A stretch of 64,000 bases of DNA from Eledone cirrhosa (Eukaryota): NCBI GenBank assembly GCA_964016885.1, contig OZ024743.1, positions 105,152,001 to 105,216,000 of the forward strand, read 5' to 3'. Within the stretch, counting starts at the first letter, position 1; every line of letters starts with the position of its first letter. Under the pieces are notes generated by a model. That model was not told where the DNA came from. It saw only the letters and a list, made by a program, of their open reading frames with translations, and did not search any database. The translations under genes and the position numbers were made by a program. This document shows, piece after piece, positions 51,766-63,581 of this stretch.

Positions 51766-51965
51766 AGGAAAGGAGTCAGGACCCCGACGACTGAGCTCCG
51801 GTCGTTTCGACAGCTAGATCCGAACTACAGTTCGGCCGTCGAAACGGTCGGAGCTTAGCCGTAGGGGTCCAGACTCTTTTTCTATTACCCACTCTACTAC
51901 CTTAAGTATCGAGTACTCTGGTGCGTTAGGGTCCTCCTGGTTCCTTACCACACTTTCTTTGTTAT
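51766..51965. mobile_element. Fold-back Naiad-family pLTR tail containing two HHR 3' halves
   Basis: gaccccgacgact..gtcgtttcgac mirrors gtcgaaacggtc..agccgtaggggtc. Distal part matches the reverse complement of 20236-20315. Confidence 0.82.
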
Positions 51966-51968
51966 ATG

Positions 51969-52034
<66 letters not shown>

Positions 52035-52073
52035 GATATTAACAAATGGAAACTATATTTATAAAACCATATT

Positions 52074-52138
52074 TATTTCATTATACATATTTCAAGGATA
52101 CCAAGTTAAATTATGGTATGCCTTCATCAGACAAAATA
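52074..52138 (-). ncRNA. Type I hammerhead motif (family of 34449-34511)
   Basis: Minus strand: tattttgt CTGATGA aggcatacca taatttaact tggtatcctt GAAA TATGTA TA atgaaata. Confidence 0.72.
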
Positions 52139-52279
52139 CAATATATACCAGTTTTATAAATAAACATTGACTTACCCTTTCAAAATGCGACCGTTATTTT
52201 TAGAAGACACCAGTCGAGTGCTTTATATCAGTTATAAAAATATTTACTTGTTGTATCCCAACAATTTAAATAGAACTTT

Positions 52280-52316
<37 letters not shown>

Positions 52317-52399
52317 ATAATAATAAATTTGAAGACTAAAATCCAAAGAGGGCTCGATAAGGATAAATATATATCAAATATATAAGAACCGTAGGGCAA

Positions 52400-52445
<46 letters not shown>

Positions 52446-52748
52446 TCATCTGAACATTCCTGATAATGACATGCAAATGAAACAGTTATAGTCCTGCAGA
52501 AATAATTTCTATATAAAATAAATATGGTCCTTTTCCACTAATGTATTGAGTACTATACTTAACAGTGTTTTCTTCTGCTCCCCTTCGAAAAAATACCCAT
52601 AATTAACGTATATACATACATATATATGTATACATACATACGCACACACACACACACACACATATACATATATATATATGACTTTTTCAATATATATATA
52701 TATGACTTTTTCAATTCCAACGGAAACTTCAATACTTATATATATATA

Positions 52749-53255
52749 CTAGCAAATGACCCCCGTTCATTGGACGGTGTCAGTTCTTGGTAGGGCTGCA
52801 ATGTTAATGGTCAATTTCCGTGTTGTATGTTTAACTTGGAGGATAATTTAACCTGATCAACTCTTTCAATAAAAAAAATGAGACGGTATTCAAAAAGAGC
52901 AAGTTTTATTTACAGATATGTGTCATTAAAATGTGAACATAGAGAAATGTATCGTTTGCCGTGTCGGTTGAACAATGTGTATTTTAAAACATCCATCACG
53001 TACACACACAGACAAACACATACACACACAAACATACACACACATACACACAAACACACGCACACAATCCCAAGACGTGACGTTATGGAAGGGGGAGAGT
53101 TAAGAAGTGTAATAAATAAAGTTAAAATTATAAACGCTGTATTTATCATATTCGCGTCACACACACTCCTCTCTTTCTTTATTTTACTCTCTCTCTCTCA
53201 CTCCTCTCTTTCTATCTCCCTCTCACACATCCTTCTCTCTCTGGCCGTTATGGAA

Positions 53256-53291
<36 letters not shown>

Positions 53292-53622
53292 CACGCACAC
53301 GCACACATACACACACAAACACATACACACACATATACACACGCACATACACATACGATCCCATAACGTCGTGTTGTGGAAGGGGGAGAGTTAAGAAGTG
53401 TGTAAAAGGAACGCTCTCTCTCTTTATGGCCGGCATGGAATTTGTTAGTGCAAAAGTCTATAAGATTATAAAATCGAAGTTTGTGACTTCGAAATTAATC
53501 ATTATGAAATAATGTTTTCTTGATGTTACAAACCGTAGCCTATTTTGGCTATGTGTTTAATTTGACAGAGATGGATGGAATATTTTCCAAGTGAAACTCT
53601 TTTACACACATCACAGAACGGG

Positions 53623-53630
<8 letters not shown>
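52749..53630 (-). mobile_element. Non-autonomous Helitron
   Basis: Minus-strand 3' end is ccgtccaatgaacgg hairpin + gggtcatttg CTAG|T. 5' end merges into (TA)n. Internal ~45-bp direct repeat 53066/53357. Confidence 0.62.
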
Positions 53631-53673
<43 letters not shown>

Positions 53674-53677
<4 letters not shown>

Positions 53678-54553
53678 AATATGATAATAATCGAGCTGCG
53701 GCGTTGCAAATGGGATACATATGAAAAAGTGAGTCCTTCATCAGTGACCCTCCAACCGTCCTCGGCATTTCATCGCTTTAGATGAAATGCCGAGGACGGT
53801 TGGAGGGTCACTGATGAAGGACTCACTTTTTCATATGTATCCCATTTGCAACGCCGCAGCTCCATTATTATCATATTTACACATATATTTTTTCCATGCT
53901 GCCTTCGTCTGTTTCGTTCCTTGTATCTTTACCACTTCTAGCAGTCTCTCTCTCTGTTAGCCTCCTCCTCAACTTTCACTCACTCATTCTCTGTCACTAC
54001 CTCTCCTCCTCCTCTTTCCTCCTCCTCCTTCAAGTTTGACCTGTGTGTAATTCTTTTCTCGCGCGGTCTTGACCGAGCTGGTATGGAATTTTTTTCTCTC
54101 TCTCTTTCGTCTGCGACTTCACAAAACTTGCGTTTACCGAATTCGTAGACCAGACCCCTTTATCTTCTTCTTCTTCTTCTTCTTCTTCTTCTTCTTCTTC
54201 TTCTTCTTCTTCTTCTTCTTCTTCTTCTTCCTCTTCTCTCCGTTCTCTCTCCCTTTTCCCCCCCCCGTCAAACTTGGGCGAAATTCTTTCCTTGCTCACA
54301 TTTCAACCAGGTTTGATGGTCTTTTGTCTCTTGTTCACGATTTCACAGAGTTTATATTCATAGAGATCTGGGACTTGCCTATTTCTACTCACTTTCCGTT
54401 GCTTAAACTTTTTTGTTGTTACTCTAGCGTCCCCCTTGTTTACGTGTCCCAACGACTTTTTTTAGCCGTTGTTCGCACCAACCTGAGGCATATGGCCCTT
54501 AAAGCGATGAAATGCCGAGGACGGTTGGAGGGTCACTGATGAAGGACTCACTT

Positions 54554-54560
<7 letters not shown>
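53674..54560. mobile_element. Probable PLE terminal fragment with ~100-bp fold-back (53674-53881) and third repeat copy (54500-54560)
   Basis: Arms are near-perfect around spacer gcttta. gatgaaatgccgaggacggttggagggtcactgatgaaggactcactttttcatat recurs at 54506. Flanked by (TA)n. Confidence 0.75.
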
Positions 54561-54592
<32 letters not shown>

Positions 54593-54686
54593 GAAATAAT
54601 GAAAAATTGAACAGGGACAGAACAGAGAGGTAGTACGATAAATGCTTATTAAATTCACGCTCAGGAGAGTGGGGGGTAGGTGGGGG

Positions 54687-54718
54687 ACGACGTTTCGGGC
54701 ATAAGCCCTTCTTCAGGT
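54687..54718 (-). ncRNA. Minimal type I hammerhead ribozyme
   Basis: Minus strand: ac CTGAAGA agggc ttat gccc GAAA CG TC gt. Canonical core; stem I is short. Confidence 0.75.
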
Positions 54719-55554
54719 GAGAGTACAAAAGGTGTGTAGGGGAGTGGTGGAGAGACATATAGCGAAAGGAAACGGTGCGAATGAAAAATTAACAAATAAA
54801 GACAAAAATATAATAAATAATAAATAAAAATAAAGCATGATCAAAATACAAGGAATGAGAAAATTTAAAAATAAAGGCATGATCAAAATAAACTGAAATT
54901 AAAAGGGGGGTAAACAGGTGGTGGAAGGGTGTGGGGTGAGTAGAGGTGGTGGCGGGTGGGGTGGGGAGAGGGAGACGGGGTGTCCGAGCGGGGAGGGCTG
55001 AAGGTGGTGTGTGTGGTTAGGTGTGCGTGTGTGTGTGTGTGTGTGTGTGTATGTGAAAGTGAGGGTTGGGGGAAGAACGGGGTTGCATGTTCAGGAAGGT
55101 GTGTGTGGGGGGTGTTTTTGTGGGTCGGAGGGTCTGTGCGTGTGTGGATAGGGGGGTGGGGGGAGAGGAATCAGGGGGTTGAGGGTGTAAATATGTGGTG
55201 GGAAGCACGTGTGTGTGGTTTAAGCGTGTTGTGGGTGTGGGTGGCGTGTGGATAAAAAAATTGTTTTGGTGTGTGTGTGTGGGTGAGTTATATAGGTGAT
55301 GGTGTAAGAGGATGGTTGAAAGTGGTAAGTTACACGGATGTATGGAGATTTTGGTTGGAAGTCAAAACGCGTGTGGGTAATCCAAGAAGCGGTGGTCGGA
55401 AGAGGAGAGATGTGGGGTGCGCGCGCAACAGGAAGTGGTCAGCAGTGGAAGTGCTGTGGTCAGTTGGTGCTGAGACAGTGGTCGGAAGGGTATAGCAGCA
55501 GTCGGCGGAATGGTAGGGAGGCGAGGATGGGTAGGTGTGAGAGTTGGAGTGAGG

Positions 55555-55611
<57 letters not shown>

Positions 55612-56096
55612 TAGTAGGGGTGTTAGTGGGATGAGTGAGTGTGGAGTGGGGAGAGAAGGGTGTGTGTGGTTCTATGGAGGGAGTGTGGTGTACTGGTGTG
55701 TGTGTAGTTTGGTGAGGAGGTGTTAGTGGGTGTTAGTATACGGGAGGTGGGGAGGGGTGGAATGCAGGTGTGAGTGGGGGTTAGTGGGGGTAGGGTGTGT
55801 AGAGTTGGTGGTGTACGAGGGTGTGTGGGTACGTGTGCGTGGGGTTGGAGGGTGTTAGTGATGTTAGTTGCGTGTGGGGTGGGTGGTGTAAGTGGGTGCG
55901 TGTGTGCGTGTGATAAGGAGGGTGGAGGAGGAGAAGAGGGGAGGGAAGGGATGTTAGTATGTTAGTTGGGGAAGGGTGGTCAGATGAGGGGTGGAGTGGA
56001 GGTGTTAGTATTGTTAGTGTGGGGTGGGCGGTGAAAAGGAGGGGTGTGTTAGTGGTGTTAGTGGGGGATAAGTGGGGGGAGGGGGGCGGTCGAACG

Positions 56097-57787
56097 CTAA
56101 AGGAATGAGGGTGGGGAGTTCAGGCCGGGGGGAGTGTGGGTCTGTAAGATGAAGATAGTACGTTGTTCGACCGTAAGGCGATGGGCGGGTGTTCCGTGGC
56201 ACTGGAGTAGGCCACAGACTGTGAGATGGCGTGCGGAGTGTCCAGGGCCACCAAAGTGGCGGGCGATGGGGGAACTGCCCCCGAGACGAATGTCCCGGAG
56301 GTGCTCCGTGACTCGGTCCGCCAGGCGGCGTCCCGTCTGTCCGACATAAGTCGCGCTGCACCTCGTGCAACGAAGTCCGTAGACTAGGTTGGAGAAGGCA
56401 TGCCGGACCGAGAGAGGGTGGCCGTTGGGACCCTGGAAGGTGGTGGTGTTGGTGATATGGGGACAGGTGTTGCAGCGGGGCCTAGAACAGGGGAAGGAAC
56501 CGGGGGGGGGGAACGGAGCATGGGTTAGGGGGTAGGGAGCTGTGGACGAGGAGGGTGCGGAGATTGCGTGCGCGTTTGAAGGAGGGGAGTGGTGGGGTTG
56601 GGAAGATGTGGGAGGTGGAGGGGTCGGACTGGAGGTGTCGGAAGAGGCGGCGGATGGTGCGGTGGAGGGGTAAGGTGGAGGGTGGTAGGTGATGGGGAAG
56701 GGGAGACGGTGGGTGGGTGTGCGGTGGCGTGGGGTGAGGGTGGTGGAGCGGGGGATAGCACGGGCGCGGGTGAGAGAGGTGTGGACGAGAGAGGGGGGGC
56801 AACCTCTGCGGATGAAATGGCTGACTAGGGAAAGGGCCTGGGACTCGAAGTCAGCATCTCGGCTACAGAGGCGGCGGATCCTGAGAAGTTGGGAGTAGGG
56901 AATGGAGAGTTTAGTGTGGGTGGGGTGGGAAGAGGTGAAGTCGAGGTAAGAGTGGGAGTCGGTGGGTTTGAAGAAGGCGGAGGTGACGAGGGAGTGGTGG
57001 GAGGGGTCGAAGGCGACGGAGATGTCCAAGAAGTGGACGTGGGTGGTGGAGATAGAGGTGGTGAAGTGGAAAGAGGGGTGGAAGGAGCAGAAGAAGGAGA
57101 GAAAGGAGTCGAGCTGTACTCGGGTGAGGGTCGTGGCTCCGATACAGTCGTCAATGTAACGACCGTACAGTTCGGGCGTGGGGCCGGTGTACTGGGCAAA
57201 GATTTGGGCCTCAACATGGCCAACAAAAAGGTTGGCATAGTTCGGGCCCATTCTTGTGCCCATGGCTACCCCCGTGACCTGTTGGTAAAACTCACCCGAG
57301 AAGGAGAAACAATTTAGGGTGAGGACCAGCTCGGCGAGGCGAAGGAGGGTGGGGGTGGAGGGAATGGGGGAGGGGCGAAGGTCGAGGTAGTGTTTGAGGG
57401 CGCGAAGGCCGTCGGCGTGGGGGATGACGGTATAGAGGGACTTGATGTCTAGGGTGAAGAGGAATGGCTGAGGGCCGGGTAGGTAGGTGAAGGAGTCGAA
57501 AAGGCGCAGGGCGTGGTTGGTGTCAGAGATGTGGGAGGGGAGGGTGGTGACAAGGGGGGCGAGGAGGGAGTCGAGAAAGGCGGAGAAGAGTTCGGTGGGG
57601 CAGTTGCAAGCGGAGACGATGGGGCGGCCGGGGTTGTCGGGTTTGTGGAGTTTGGGGAGGAAGTAGATGGTGGGGGTGCGGGGTGTGTGGCGGATGAGGT
57701 GGGAAGCGGTGGGGGGGGGAGGAGGGAGGAGGCGATAAGGTCTTTGATGGTGGAGGAGACTTGTTGTTGGTAGAGGGGGGTGGGATA
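56097..57787 (-). pseudogene. PLE RT/GIY-YIG ORF, nearly intact (few frameshifts in C-runs)
   Basis: YFLPKLHKPDNPGRPIVS, LDIKSLYTVIPH, GVAMGTRMGPNYANLF, RYIDD, FLDI, FKPTDSHSYL..SSHP, C..RC..C, VYGLRC..C..YVGQTGRRLADRVTEH, PPGLN. Confidence 0.93.
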
Positions 57788-57873
57788 TATATATACAGGC
57801 GAATTGGCGTTAGAAAAGCCCATTCATTTCCGGGGCAGAAACAACGTATTTCACCGAGAGAGAGAGAGTGAGA

Positions 57874-57953
<80 letters not shown>

Positions 57954-57999
57954 CCGAAGAAGAGATATAGAGAAAGAATCAATCCATGTATTAGACACA

Positions 58000-58120
58000 C
58001 TTTTATATCGACCTCAAAATGCTGAAAGACGAAATTAAATTCAGCGGTATTTGAACTCAGAGCGTAACGACTCGGTACGAACACCGCATACCATTCTATC
58101 CAACATTCTAAAAACTCACC
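58000..58120 (-). mobile_element. SINE family 1, old copy
   Basis: tatatcgacctcaaaatgctgaaagacg..ggtatttgaactcagagcgtaa. Confidence 0.6.
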
Positions 58121-58267
58121 CTATTCCCCACTTATATGTGTTGAAGGAAATCGTATTCTGTTACAGGATAAATGAAATATGATACATGTGCCTCTTCATA
58201 CACTTAGGTATATAGTAACAAAATGTATTTTCTTTTTGTAAATCAGAATTTATGATATGAGACTATA

Positions 58268-58650
58268 GGTGGTGCAATGACAGAGTCTTGAGAACGTTGG
58301 GTAGAATGATTTACAGCAAGCATGTCAAACTGAGGCTCCCCCGAGGGCCACATGTGTCACATATGTGTTGTCTGAGGGTCACACACGACAGCTAATAGCG
58401 CACATTACAACTAACTTTTTAAATTTTATATTACGAAGATAAAACATGCTCATATTGTACCAACATTTTTGTGGGCCACAGGTGTGCTTGTAAAGGGCTG
58501 CATGCGACCCGTGGCTGCATGCTTGACATGCCTGATTTACAGTATTCGTTCTGGCTCCGACGCACTTAGTTCAAACATTACCGAGGTCAATTTTGCATTT
58601 CATCATTTCGAAGTCAATAACAGAAATTATCAGACAAGTACTGGGGTAGA
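58268..58650 (+). mobile_element. SINE family 1, old copy split by a hAT MITE
   Basis: Head ggtggtgcaatgacagag before the MITE. agttcaaacattaccgaggtcaattttgcatttcatc after it. Confidence 0.7.
58317..58534. mobile_element. hAT (Charlie-like) MITE
   Basis: TIRs caagcatgtcaaac / gcttgacatgcctg. 8-bp TSD atttacag at 58309-58316 and 58535-58542. Confidence 0.88.
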
Positions 58651-59533
58651 TTCTTACTCTCTATATCTTTTTCTCACTTCCTCTTTCTCACTAATTCTCC
58701 CTTTCTTTGGCAGAAATAAACTGTGCTTATACCTGAAGTAGTTATGGGTCCCGGCAGTTTTAAAGTAGCCAATGTTAATATGGTGCTACTATGACACCAT
58801 CAGAAGTTACGTGTCCATAGATACATACAGTTGTCTAACTATTTCTTTACGATAGCAAACATAAATATGTTAGTTGTTAAGACTTAGGTCAACTGTAATC
58901 AATCAGAAGTGAGGTCAATAGTGATCCAGTTTAATCTTTCTAGAACAGTGTATATAAGACAAAAATTATCTAACATACGCCGACATTCATTTTTTTCAAC
59001 ATGGCACAGAATTATTTAAAGAAGATTTTGCTGTTATTTCTAGCAGATTGCTATTCAACATTATGTATTCTTCGTTGTCCGTCATCCATGGATTCATTTT
59101 TATGGATACGTTATCCGCGTAAATTTCAGCAGGGGAACATAGCATTGCTGAAGGTATGATGAGTTAGCAGATATAATTTCAATATAACTCACTGGCACAC
59201 TAAACCTAACTGCTAATAGGTATCATGCAAGTATTTTACAATTTATTGCTGTTTGTAACAAATGAATTGTAATTAATTAGAATTTCATTAAATTGCAAAT
59301 CTTCTGTGGTTTCTCGCCCCGAGAAATGTTCTCACAGCTTAGCAAAATTGTTGCGGAAGAAATGTAAGACGAGTGAACTATATACTGAACTGAAATGTTT
59401 AGATAGTTGAATCTGTTCCTAAGTCGATAAATGATATAGGTTTCATTTAGGTAAATAGGCAACTAGGTAGCTAGCAAACTAGCTAGATATCTACAGAGAA
59501 ATGTATATGGATAGATAAATATATGTATGTATG

Positions 59534-62500
59534 TTCTTCTAGTTTTTTAATTTCACAAATTGTTACCAATAGAGAGTCGGTTTCTAACATAGACACAAGA
59601 CTCTCTCATTGGAATTTACACAACATCAACTAAGTAGATTATGTATGCATGTATGCATGTGTAGATATGGATGTTATTGTATGTGTGGATGTGGATGTTT
59701 TGAGTTGTATGTGTGCATGTGTATATGCTTTGTATCTGTACATGTGTATATGCAGTTATTAGATGCAAAATTCTTGGAATGTTTTACATATATTTACTGT
59801 TCCATTAATGGATTGTACTTGTAATTTCCTAAGTAGTGTTCTTTCTGTTTCTGTCCTATATCATAATATCTGGTCTGTTATGCCTGCATTTTATTGGGGT
59901 TTTTACTGGAACATTCCACCAGTACTCATTCATATTATGTACATAGATGTCTTCCACATTGTTGTAGCTTAATGTGTTTATTATCGGGCCATTCTTTTTT
60001 ACGAACTGCATTGTACAGTGTTTTGGCCACTACATCATGCCTGATAGGTAGATAGTACCGCGATGACATCTTTGGACAGCTGCTGATGACATGGATGATA
60101 TCCTCGATGTTAGTTCTGCAGAGTCTGCACTTGTTATCACATCTAGCTGTTTTGCCAGCATCCCTATCTCTTTTGTGAATCAGGTATTCCGTGTTAATCT
60201 CCTGTTCTTGGATTGCAAAAGCATATCCTTCAAAGTGGGAGCCAATATAACGGTTGTTGGTCCAAGATAGACTATTTTTCTTATCTATATTACTCTCACT
60301 CTGGAGCTTCCTGGCAACATATCCATGCATGATTCTTTGCTGATAAGCATGCAGTTTTCCATCCATGGATTCACTGCGATACTGCTGAGCGACTTCCCTG
60401 GGTGTGAGTTTTTGATTATCACACAGGGAATGCCTCTCGAGGAGTTTCTTCCCAACTCTCATGATCTTATCTGTTTCATGCAGATATACTTGCTCAAGAA
60501 ACGGGTTCCTACGCTTCGAGGTTCGTAGATGTTGTCGGAGAGATATGATGCGATATTCAAATGTTGTCTGGACTGATGTTAGGCCTCTTCCTTCCTGCTT
60601 ACGTTTCAAGTAAAGGCGGTCTATGTCACTGTTGATGTGGAAGTTTCCGGTGTTGTTTAGTATTTTTCGAGTTCCAACATCAACTGCTCGGATTTCGTCT
60701 ATCGTCCAATTGAGTATTCCAAACGTTGGTGTTAGGACAAGCACAGCAAACACATCGTGAACCTCTGTTTTGTTTTGTGCAGAGAGTTCCGATGACCAGA
60801 TCTTTCTTAATCGGGTGTAGTATTCCCTGGTTACGCGTTCTTTATTATAGATACCATTATAGGATATGTTCTCATCTATTCACAGGTATCTGTAGCAGTC
60901 CTCATCAGATATCGGTGAAAGAGTTAGGCCATTGATGACAATGTTGCTAGATTGGGTTGTTGTTTTCCCCGCTTTACAGTCATGTATGAGCATTTATCTT
61001 GGCTAAACTCCATTCCTATATCCTTTAAGAACGTTGTAACCAGGTCAAAATTTTTCTTCATCCCATCCATGTTTTTGTCATAGACTTTCAGATCGTCCAC
61101 AAAGAAATGATGGGTTAGGTTCGTATTTCTGTCCTCCTGTGAGCCAATGATGTATCCCTCACATTTCTCGAGCAGAAAGGACAAGAGGTGTAATGACAAG
61201 ATGAATAATATCACAGAGAGACTGCTCCCCCCCCCCTGAAATATACCCCTGCAATATTTTATTTTATCAGTGAAGATAGAGTCCCCCCTCTCTGTCTTTA
61301 ACCTTAGGATAGTAGCCCAAGAAGAAGACAACCTCTCTATGGCTTTGACAATAATGTCTGGGACTTTAGCAAGTTGGAGGGCCTCTATAATCCAAGAGTG
61401 GGGAACAGAATCGAAAGCTTTCCTGTAGTCCAGCCAGACTGTAGACATATTCCTCATAAGTTGTCGCACCTCTGACATCGCAGTTTTGTTGATTAGGAGT
61501 TGTTCAACACATTCCCAAACCCCTTTCTTTCCTGCTGCTTGTTCATATGTGATGATGTTATTATTTTCACAGGGCGGTGATGATGTTATTATTTTCACAG
61601 GGCGGTGAATTGGCAGTATCGGTAGAGGGTTGGATGCCATGCTTTGATGCATAGAGTTACGGCCCTTGCCATTCTGAGTTCAAATCCCGCCGAGGTTAAC
61701 TTTGCCTTTCATCCTTACGGGGTCGATAAAATAAAGTACCAGTAATGCACTGGGTAATTGCTGGCCTTGTGCCAAAAGTAGAAACAGTTATTATTTTCAC
61801 AGTGATCTTGGAGGTATAGGTTCAGGCAGGCTGTATATATCTTATAGATCAGATTCTGGCATGCAATGGGTCAGTATTTTTTTCTTGCTTGTGTGTCTTT
61901 GTTCTTGGGGACCAGTAATGTTTGTGCTAATGTCAACCATTCTGGTATACGCGTATCTCCCTTAAGAACATGTTGGTAGAGGTCAGTAAGATACCTTCGA
62001 TAGAATATCAGCTTTTTGTACCAGTAGCCGACAATCATATCTCTTCCTGGTGTTTTCTTATCTTGGAGTTGTCCTATCGCAGTCTCAAGGGTACCCTCAC
62101 TTATTTCGTATGTTTCTGTTGTAGTGTAGGAGTAATAGTTCTTTCGGATTTCTCTTAGCGACACTGCATCTTGGTTGAAATTCTTCTTTTCACCCCATAT
62201 TTTTCTCCAAAAGGAATCTATGTCTTTCTGGGATGGGGCCTCAGTGACACTTATTATTTTGTTTTTCATATCTCTATAGACTGATGTTTGGTTTCGTCTG
62301 AATCTTTTATTAAGCACTTTTCTCTCATCTACCTTCTTCAGGTATCGGCGTTTTTCGCTAACAGCTCTCAATTCTTGTTTGAGGGTGATCAGCTTATATT
62401 GAAGAGTTCTGGTTCTACTGTTACCAAACATCGTTTCTATTTTATTTTTCACTCTTTGTTGGTGAGGAGTGAGGTTTTTTTGTGTTTTTTTTTGCATGTA

Positions 62501-63496
62501 AGGAACATTGTCACATATCCTATGGTTTTTCGTAGATCAACAATCTTGTTTTCTATTTTAGTTATATATGATGGTATTTTTGCCAAAATGTTGGGGTTTT
62601 TATCCGTCGTAAATATTCATCCCCTATTTCGTCAATAACACGTAATATTTCATTATTTGTTTTTTTATTAAACATTGTCGTTTTAACACGTTCAACAAGA
62701 GATATATATATATGCATGAATTAATTTCTCTCTGGAAGATTTCGTTGAGGGAAATTTTCAATTGTTTAGACTTTTGATTATTATCATTATCGATAGTATT
62801 TTCCACAACAGTCGAGGTAGACTTAGATGGTACACGTGGTGTCAAGTTTCTTACAAGCATAGTTGTTTCAAGGCGCTGTTCGACCTGGCTGCTAGGAAGT
62901 CTAGTAGCATGGCGACCTGTAGCACGTGTTGTTGATAACGTGTTTGTTGTGGAGGACTTACAATTAATAATATTTATCTTATCTTTACGTTCAACAAACG
63001 TCGCTTGTTGGCGTAATTGTTTCGCTGTTAAATAATTTAGCTCTGGGTGTATTTCGTCCCAGAGTAGCTTCATTCTGTTCATATAGCCAATGGAGGGATT
63101 GTTTTTTGCCATTTTATAATAATTAAATAAATCATTATTAAGTTCGCAAGTCCAAGAGAAATGCGATTTATAATTTCGGTTTCTTCTGTAGCTACAACTG
63201 AATAAAGTTTGCTTACCTTTCTTGTTGGTTGTCTTCGGTACTTCCTTAATTTTGTTATTGATGTTGGGTTCAGCCATGCTGTTTCTAGCAACTCCTTGTA
63301 AAATGAATTATGTATTTAGTCGGATATCTCTACGAATTCGAATAAAAAGTGTCTTCAGAAGATATAGTTAGAAGAATAACCGTGTTATTCAACATGACTG
63401 CAGTTGTGGCATTACTGTCGGAGATAGTATTGATCTTAAATTTAATAAATAGTCTCCCACGCCAAAATATGCCACTGATCGCGTTGACTGTATAGT
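59534..63496 (-). mobile_element. Near full-length R4/Dong-like RLE LINE, disrupted (ORF 63277 to ~59759)
   Basis: WTCELNNDL..Y, L.QQA, KTPGRDMI..YWYK, WLDYRKAFDSVPHSWI, RGIFQG, FVDDLK, GGRGL-like, CRLC..E.I.H..SSCP..RHD. SINE insertion at 61601. RLE core deleted at ~59850. Both ends in (TATG)n. Confidence 0.92.
61601..61786 (+). mobile_element. SINE family 1, young, inserted into the R4/Dong ORF, 16-bp TSD
   Basis: TSD gttattattttcacag at 61585-61600 and 61787-61802. Confidence 0.93.
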
Positions 63497-63581
63497 GTAT
63501 GTATGTATGTATGTATGTATGTATGTATGTATGTATGTATGTATGTATGTATGTATGTATGTATGTATGTATGTATGTATG

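Larger units (their letters stand above)
54590..57787 (-). mobile_element. GC-rich, 5'-truncated Penelope-like element (Neptune-like), long 3' UTR with HHR
   Basis: RT plus GIY-YIG ORF 56097-57787. Both ends at TA runs. Confidence 0.92.

Noticed and set aside
54030-54539. Poly-Glu / poly-Phe ORFs
   Set aside because: (CTT)n microsatellite inside a repeat fragment
56120-57773. Overlapping antisense/alternative-frame ORFs in the GC-rich PLE
   Set aside because: Expected from stop-codon scarcity in GC-rich, skewed sequence; only the RT/GIY-YIG frame has motifs
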